Shown: in pieces, positions 58,090-64,000 of the stretch | How positions within the stretch are numbered: position 1 is the first letter of the stretch | Layout: the number at the start of each line of letters is the position of its first letter | Virus record (IMG/VR): IMGVR_UViG_3300023179_008562 | Coordinates: 26,678-90,677 of that record | DNA from: a virus | DNA: 64,000 nt | Reading direction: 5' to 3' (one strand) | The notes under the pieces: model-generated | What the model was told of the DNA's origin: nothing | Seen by the model: the letters and a program-made list of their open reading frames with translations, nothing else | Databases searched by the model: none | Position numbers and translations under genes: made by a program

Positions 58090-58377
58090 TCAGGGGAAAA
58101 TTTGATCGCCTTGTCGGAGCAGCACCACAGTGAACTTGTCAGTTTTAAACAATGTGTTGAGCTTCTTGGCAAGGTTGATGGCGTGGCCGGGATTACTGAA
58201 ACTGGTTTTCTTGTACTTGGGGCCTGGATAGGAAACCAGAATATTCTGTGTTTTGAGATTGATGGGTTGATTGTCGTAGAATACGGCCCAGATGCCTTCA
58301 CTACTCAGAATCTGATCGCTCTTGTAGTTGGTTTTGTTTACGTGCTCAATCAATACTGTGGGCTTGGGTCTGGACAT
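58090..58377 (-). CDS. Hypothetical phage protein
   Basis: 95-aa ORF with ATAAATA upstream. Confidence 0.65.
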   Translation of the reverse strand: MSRPKPTVLIEHVNKTNYKSDQILSSEGIWAVFYDNQPINLKTQNILVSYPGPKYKKTSFSNPGHAINLAKKLNTLFKTDKFTVVLLRQGDQIFP

Positions 58378-58441
58378 AATGTGTACTTTCTTTCTTATTG
58401 TTACACATTATTTATGCTTGATAACCAATTAACTACGCGTA

Positions 58442-58663
58442 TTAAAATCCCCCACCATCGAAGTCCACATTCACCGTGGCTTCGGCTTGTTTTTGCTCCT
58501 GGATTTTAGTAAGCTCAGCAATCTGTGTCAGCAGTTCAAAAATGTCTGCTTGCAAATTTTGTGCTTCAAGTTTGGTCAGGGTCAGATCTCTGGCATTGGT
58601 CTGATTCATGACCTTGATGCGATTGTTGAATGCCTTGATGTGTAAACTAAACTGAGATTCCAT
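58442..58663 (-). CDS. Hypothetical protein
   Basis: 73-aa ORF ending DGGGF. Confidence 0.6.
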   Translation of the reverse strand: MESQFSLHIKAFNNRIKVMNQTNARDLTLTKLEAQNLQADIFELLTQIAELTKIQEQKQAEATVNVDFDGGGF

Positions 58664-59135
58664 GATCCGCCTCGTGTTGTTGTACCAGTGCTGCCTGCAT
58701 CTGTTCCGGAGTCTTAAATGGGCCCTGGAAAGGATAGCGATTTAAGGTGATTAGTTTGGGACAGAATGCCCCTTCCCAGATGTTGTTTAGTTTTACTATA
58801 TAGTATCCAGCACAGAAGAAACTTTTCGATTTCTGATCCCTGGTGTAAAGTGGCAACTTTTTCTGAACTTCCCAGAGTATGTTACGTGCCCGGCCCTGAC
58901 AAGGGTATCCGTATACATCAGAAGTGGTTGTATTATTGGTCCGGGCAGGAGCGGCAGAATCCAGGACGATGTTATAACGATCCTCCAGCATTTTCAGGTT
59001 GGAAAACCGTTCACGCTGGTTACCGTGCACCAACACAACCTCGTAGTCGTTGGCCAGAATTGACCCGTATTTTTCACCGTCTTTTTCAACCACCCAGCAT
59101 TTGTTTTTAACCACAGGTTTGGCTAGCAGAGTCAT
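58647..59135 (-). CDS. Hypothetical protein
   Basis: 162-aa ORF within the operon. Confidence 0.6.
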   Translation of the reverse strand: MTLLAKPVVKNKCWVVEKDGEKYGSILANDYEVVLVHGNQRERFSNLKMLEDRYNIVLDSAAPARTNNTTTSDVYGYPCQGRARNILWEVQKKLPLYTRDQKSKSFFCAGYYIVKLNNIWEGAFCPKLITLNRYPFQGPFKTPEQMQAALVQQHEADHGISV

Positions 59136-59138
59136 TGA

Positions 59139-59624
59139 TTATCCCTCGTAAGTGGCCGAGTTGGCACCGTGTTCAAATACTTCAACTGATTTGACTTTTA
59201 CAGTTGGATTAATTGGGTAGCGCATTTCGCCGGAAGCCAAAAGTTCTGCCATTTTATCGTAACACATTTTGGCAAACATTTCACAGCCTACGCCGGGCAC
59301 AATGCGTAGATTGCACAGTCCGCTGTCTTCGAACCCGCCAGTAATAGCGTTCAGCTTTTGGAATGTGTCCAGATGAGGATCGTCTTCTGCAATTACTAGA
59401 GTGTGATCAAACATATAGTCTGCCCATGCTTTGAATTCTTTAAGGCCGCCAAAGTCCATACACCAGTTTTTGTCGTCTAGTGTGTCACATTCAAATATCA
59501 GCTTAATGCCGATTGAGTATCCATGTAGTGTTGAGCAGTGGCTATGTGTGGCACGCCATTGTCTAAAACAGCATGATAAGCCACGGTCGTTTCCGTAAGT
59601 TTTTGTTGAGTAGAATTTTGCCAT
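59139..59624 (-). CDS. queD: 6-carboxytetrahydropterin synthase-like (QueD/PTPS)
   Basis: HCSTLHGYS, CMDFGGLK, FDHTL, GCEMFA and VEVFE; AAGGA SD before MAKFYST. Confidence 0.75.
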   Translation of the reverse strand: MAKFYSTKTYGNDRGLSCCFRQWRATHSHCSTLHGYSIGIKLIFECDTLDDKNWCMDFGGLKEFKAWADYMFDHTLVIAEDDPHLDTFQKLNAITGGFEDSGLCNLRIVPGVGCEMFAKMCYDKMAELLASGEMRYPINPTVKVKSVEVFEHGANSATYEG

Positions 59625-59634
59625 GATTTTTCCT

Positions 59635-60645
59635 TTATGCTGATTGTTGGGCTGCTGAATCTGGATAACTTGCGCCCAGCCATTCTGCAAAACTGCTGGC
59701 ATTTTCACTGAGTTTGACCAGATCGTAACGACCACAAAATTTCAAAAACTGTGCCCCCACCATGGGTGTATTCTTGGTCAGACTGGCCTGAGCAATTGTT
59801 TCTGCAATCATAACTTTGACATGATCGGGCTGCGCAGTCAAATCCACCAAAGTGCGGTTGCGTTCGTAATCATCCAGCACACGATGTTCCTGTCCATTGT
59901 GGTCAGTCCAGCGTTGCAACATCAGGTTATTCCAGGCATAGCCCTGCCGGTCTCTGTCGGCATATGCTTCTTCCAACCCCACCTTGTTCTTGGTGCCACG
60001 GGTTCTGACTCCAGGGTATGCGCTAAAGATGTTGTCGGTGGCATCACCCCGCATGCACTTTTCAAACAAAATAAATTTGGGATCGGGAATTTTTTTAGGT
60101 TCATTGGTCTTTTTATCAATCACCAGTCGACCCCGCTTGTCGAAGATGCCTTCCAGTGTGTGCAGTTCATCAGTGATGCCGTTGTACTGATTTACATTTT
60201 TCGCCAGTAACTGATAGTAGTCAGTATCGCTACTGATAATAGTATGATGATCTGCTGGATGACTGGCGATGAAGCCAGCAATGAGATCATCCGCTTCCAG
60301 CGACGGATGCTGTAGTACAGTGCAATTCGTTTTTTCCTGGATAAAAGTCTTAAGTGCATCAAATGTCTCCCAGAACAGTCGATCCTCCTCGGCCTCGGAC
60401 TCAGTCAGGGCGGCTCTGGCCACTGCTCGATTCTTCTTGTAGGGTTCGTAATAGTCCTTGCGCCAACTACGGCCCTCCAGACAGAACACCACGTGATCGG
60501 CTCGCTGATCCCTCCAGCTTTTATTGATGCTGGCCAGAGTCATATGCACAGCGAACCCCAGTTTATCCCAGGTGTCACTCTGGCGATGTGCTGAATGACG
60601 GGCACGGAAGAAAGTGTTGGCAGTGTCTACAAGTAGGTATCTCAT
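59635..60645 (-). CDS. 5'-3' exonuclease (T4 RNase H/FEN family)
   Basis: LLVDTAN, YKKNR, EADDLIA, SSDTDYYQL and RGDATDNI. Confidence 0.9.
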   Translation of the reverse strand: MRYLLVDTANTFFRARHSAHRQSDTWDKLGFAVHMTLASINKSWRDQRADHVVFCLEGRSWRKDYYEPYKKNRAVARAALTESEAEEDRLFWETFDALKTFIQEKTNCTVLQHPSLEADDLIAGFIASHPADHHTIISSDTDYYQLLAKNVNQYNGITDELHTLEGIFDKRGRLVIDKKTNEPKKIPDPKFILFEKCMRGDATDNIFSAYPGVRTRGTKNKVGLEEAYADRDRQGYAWNNLMLQRWTDHNGQEHRVLDDYERNRTLVDLTAQPDHVKVMIAETIAQASLTKNTPMVGAQFLKFCGRYDLVKLSENASSFAEWLGASYPDSAAQQSA

Positions 60646-61307
60646 TTGTTAAGTTTACTAGATTCTAACTCTGCTGTCAAATATGGATACAAAAAGTCTG
60701 CCCAGGCTGCCTGACCATCTGCACCGTAATGGTAAAATTTAGGATTGCTGGGCTGATAGCCTTGATTTTCCAACCAAAAATAGTAGGTGAAATTTTCATT
60801 ATATGGGTTAATGTATTCACTGCCCCATTCATATTTGGGTTTTCCGTAAGCAATTATGTGTTTGAAATTACTGTAACAGTTGAAAAAGACGAATGGAATA
60901 TTATGACTTTTTATTTCATTATAGAAATTCCATAATTCTTCGTGTGATTGAAACGTATTATTGAGAAAATTGTTTGATCTATCAATAACAAATTTTTTGT
61001 ATTGTTCTTTGACTTCTTCGGGCCAATATGGTCTAATTTGACTACCGCCGGTGAATTGATAATATTCGTTGTCATACAAATACTCGGTTCTTTCCCAGGT
61101 GCTCCAGCCGATTATGATTGCATCAGGTCTATTTGTTTTCAGATACTCTCTGGTGGTTCGTATGATTTTGTCATTACTTGCTGCGGGAGTCGCATCCAGA
61201 TGCAATGCTGCACCTAATCGATCGGCTAATATTTTTCCGTAACAAAAATCGGGCCCCCCAGCGTCATCGCCGTATGAGTGACTATCGCCATTGACATACA
61301 GTATCAT
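60642..61307 (-). CDS. SGNH/GDSL-like protein
   Basis: NGDSHS, AASN, IGWS and YHYGADGQ. Confidence 0.5.
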   Translation of the reverse strand: MILYVNGDSHSYGDDAGGPDFCYGKILADRLGAALHLDATPAASNDKIIRTTREYLKTNRPDAIIIGWSTWERTEYLYDNEYYQFTGGSQIRPYWPEEVKEQYKKFVIDRSNNFLNNTFQSHEELWNFYNEIKSHNIPFVFFNCYSNFKHIIAYGKPKYEWGSEYINPYNENFTYYFWLENQGYQPSNPKFYHYGADGQAAWADFLYPYLTAELESSKLNK

Positions 61308-61744
61308 GAAATTTCAGTCCTGCCGTTGCCCAAATTACGTCGATTACTGGACCTCTTTTCGGGATCGGCCATTTCTTGTTCGTAGGTTTCCATTAAGACA
61401 TTTCTACAAACAGTACGGAACCAATTGTCCACAATGTCCTGATCAGTCTTGCCCTGATATCCGGCTTTGATCAGTCTGGCCACAAAGATGTCATTCCAGT
61501 CCAACTCAAATGCACCTTGACCAGGATCATTGACATCAACATCAATACTCAGGATATCAATATATGGTTCCCCCGCAGCATTGGCCTGATCTTTGGCAGA
61601 AATATTTTCGAGTCGGCCACTTTGTTTTGCAGATTTTTTTTCTCTGGGCTTGCGCGGGGATTTGGCTTTGGGCTCAGAGTCGACTTTTTTAGTCTTAAAC
61701 AAGTCTGCCGACATTTGTCTTGGTGCATCACTATTGTCAATCAT
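61304..61744 (-). CDS. Hypothetical protein
   Basis: 146-aa ORF, ATGA-coupled to the next gene. Confidence 0.6.
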   Translation of the reverse strand: MIDNSDAPRQMSADLFKTKKVDSEPKAKSPRKPREKKSAKQSGRLENISAKDQANAAGEPYIDILSIDVDVNDPGQGAFELDWNDIFVARLIKAGYQGKTDQDIVDNWFRTVCRNVLMETYEQEMADPEKRSSNRRNLGNGRTEIS

Positions 61745-61753
61745 ATCAGATCC

Positions 61754-62857
61754 TCAGAATAAATCAACTTTTTCCCAGGGCAAGTGATTTTTGCCGAAAT
61801 GCCCGTAATTTACAGTATTGTGATAGATGGGTCGAAACAAGTCAAATCGATCGATAATGCCAGCTGGAGTCAAATCAACGTTGGACTGAATCCATTGCGT
61901 CAGTCCCTGACTATCTCCATTGCTTTCGATATAAAAGCTCATGGGTTCTTCTACACCAATAGCATAACTGATCTGGCAAGTAGCCCAATCTGCTCGACCT
62001 GATGCCACAATATTTTTGGCAATATAACGCATCATGTATGCGGCTGAACGGTCAACCTTGGTGGGGTCTTTGCCTGAAAATGCGCCACCACCGTGTGGAG
62101 CATATCCACCGTAGGTGTCCACGATGATCTTTCGACCAGTGACACCACAATCGCCGTCAGGACCACCAATGACAAATCTACCAGTGGGGTTGATCAGAAA
62201 CTCAGTATTGCCATCAATCAGATCTGGCATGAGTTGTTGGATGACCTCCTGAACTCGTGCTCGGACTGTCTGAATATCTACGGTGTCGGCATGCTGTGTG
62301 GAGCATACAATTTTGGTGGCGCGCTGTGGCACATCCAATCCCGACACTGATACATATTCCAGGGTTACCTGTGCCTTGGCATCCGGACCCAGCCAGGCAT
62401 ATTCAGCAGAACTTTTACGCAGTTCTGCCAGTCTCTCTACAATTTTGTGACTGTAAAAGATGGCAGCCGGCATGAACTCTGCGGTTTCTCGGCAGGCATA
62501 ACCAAACATCAGCCCTTGATCGCCGGCACCAAATGTGTCTGTGCCCAGGGCAATGTCTGCGCTCTGTCCGTGCATGAGGTTGGTAAATTCCAACTTGGAC
62601 CAATCAAATCCCGATTGTTCATATCCAATCTCTCTGACACATTCTCGAATTCGGTGTTCTACTACCTTGGCGTCGAAATCACCTTTATACTCTCCAGCAA
62701 TGATCACTCGATTGGTGGTGACCATGGTCTCACAAGCGCAGCGTTGTGACTTATCCTGCCGTTCCATAAAATAATCCACCACAGTGTCACTGATGGCATC
62801 TGCCACCTTGTCTGGGTGCCCTTCACTTACTGATTCCGATGTAAACAAATAACTCAT
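61754..62857 (-). CDS. metK: S-adenosylmethionine synthetase
   Basis: FTSESVSEGHPDK, GAGDQG, INPTGRFVIGGP, GRKIIVDTYGG and GGAFSGKDPTKVDRS. Confidence 0.97.
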   Translation of the reverse strand: MSYLFTSESVSEGHPDKVADAISDTVVDYFMERQDKSQRCACETMVTTNRVIIAGEYKGDFDAKVVEHRIRECVREIGYEQSGFDWSKLEFTNLMHGQSADIALGTDTFGAGDQGLMFGYACRETAEFMPAAIFYSHKIVERLAELRKSSAEYAWLGPDAKAQVTLEYVSVSGLDVPQRATKIVCSTQHADTVDIQTVRARVQEVIQQLMPDLIDGNTEFLINPTGRFVIGGPDGDCGVTGRKIIVDTYGGYAPHGGGAFSGKDPTKVDRSAAYMMRYIAKNIVASGRADWATCQISYAIGVEEPMSFYIESNGDSQGLTQWIQSNVDLTPAGIIDRFDLFRPIYHNTVNYGHFGKNHLPWEKVDLF

Positions 62858-62878
62858 ACTTTCCTTTAATATTAACTC

Positions 62879-63727
62879 TTACTTGCCCCAGCTATTGCCC
62901 CACAAGTCCACATGAAGTCTGGGACTGTAGTAATAGCCACGACGCATGGCTTCGTCTGCCACGTTAAATTTATTGCCATTGTACACACTCACTACGCCGC
63001 CCACTGGCATGACATATACAGAACCCTGAAATCCATGATCCAGATACTCTTCCACCACATCATCAACTTCTGCAAAGTCTTCAGGAGTGGCCACAACAAA
63101 CTTCAGGTAAGTGTGCCCCACCTCCTGATAACTCTTGACGATTTCGGGTCGGATCGCAGCCTCACGTGTTTCTCCACTGGTACTGAGTTTGGCACTGACA
63201 CTGAATGTCACTTCTGGACCTTCCCGTTGCCAGGCTTCAAGAGTTTCTCTAAAATTGTCGTGCAGCTCTTGTGTGCCATTGGTTTCAAATGTCAGATTCC
63301 ACAGGTCCAACATCTTGTGATGTTCCAGCAATTCAGTATAGGCACGTTGCCAGCCCAGCAAGGGCTCACCACCTGTGATTACCAGATGGACGTCGTTGCC
63401 ATTGCTGCACATCCAGCGTTTTTGCGGAGTCAGATCAACCATGCGATTGACCACTTCATCAACGTCCAGGGTTGGGCTCAGATGCTTGAACCTGGGATCC
63501 CAGCTGGCATAACTGTCGCAACCTGTATTGACCAGCGGCAGATCTTCATACCTTTCGTATAGTTCTACTCGGACATCATCGCGTTCGGTGCTGCAACTAC
63601 CCGCCGGCATACCAAATCCGCCACAGGTAAAATTACAGCCAAAAGTCCTTAAAAACACACTGGGGACGCCAACAAAGCGCCCCTCGCCCTGTGCACTATA
63701 AAATATTTCACTTACTTTTAGTTTCAT
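62879..63727 (-). CDS. queE: 7-carboxy-7-deazaguanine synthase (radical SAM)
   Basis: SEIFYSAQGEG...FLRTFGCNFTC...CDS, ITGGEP, ETNG and SPRLH; start at MKLKV. Confidence 0.85.
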   Translation of the reverse strand: MKLKVSEIFYSAQGEGRFVGVPSVFLRTFGCNFTCGGFGMPAGSCSTERDDVRVELYERYEDLPLVNTGCDSYASWDPRFKHLSPTLDVDEVVNRMVDLTPQKRWMCSNGNDVHLVITGGEPLLGWQRAYTELLEHHKMLDLWNLTFETNGTQELHDNFRETLEAWQREGPEVTFSVSAKLSTSGETREAAIRPEIVKSYQEVGHTYLKFVVATPEDFAEVDDVVEEYLDHGFQGSVYVMPVGGVVSVYNGNKFNVADEAMRRGYYYSPRLHVDLWGNSWGK

Positions 63728-63753
63728 TTGATTACGATCACTTCGCCTTAGAT

Positions 63754-63996
63754 TTAATTCAAAATCCTGTACAATGTACCTGCACAATAAATGGCAATTA
63801 GCCCAGCGTTAATGACCACCAGGCTCCATTCTTTTATACGAATACTCCATATCAGATATAGTGTAGCACCTATGTTCAGCAAATAAACATTATACGGGTC
63901 TAACCCAGCACTGGTCAACCCTGCGGCAATCAATGTCACGCAGCAAGCCAACCATTTTAGCCACCAGTTGAAGTCAGTTTTGATATGATATTCCAT
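63754..63996 (-). CDS. Small membrane protein
   Basis: 80 aa with three hydrophobic segments. Confidence 0.6.
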   Translation of the reverse strand: MEYHIKTDFNWWLKWLACCVTLIAAGLTSAGLDPYNVYLLNIGATLYLIWSIRIKEWSLVVINAGLIAIYCAGTLYRILN

Positions 63997-64000
63997 TAGG

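Overview
A 64 kb segment of a large T4-like myovirus (jumbo-type Caudoviricetes) genome in the standard genetic code, with two converging arms. The + arm (1-42103) encodes a baseplate wedge protein, a 4389-aa virion protein with seven FG-GAP blades and several tail fibres. After a terminator comes a ~20 kb sugar-tailoring-like block: GT8-, GT-A- and GT10-like proteins, five radical SAM enzymes with N-terminal Cys clusters, SGNH-like proteins, a NodU/CmcH carbamoyltransferase, a P-loop kinase and a 1142-aa repeat protein. The - arm (42069-64000) carries a DegT aminotransferase, an NDP-sugar epimerase, thyA, DHFR and a TylF-like methyltransferase. It also carries a MoxR-like AAA/vWA pair split by a cassette of two desaturases and an acyltransferase, small early genes with repeated sigma70 promoter/leader modules, an HNH nuclease, queD, a 5'-3' exonuclease, metK and queE. 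The best candidate for an undescribed system is the tail-linked glycan/aminosugar modification pathway built around the radical SAM paralogs. Other leads are the desaturase cassette, a 23-bp perfect inverted repeat and an amber-split gene. All calls come from reading motifs by eye; no database searches were run.
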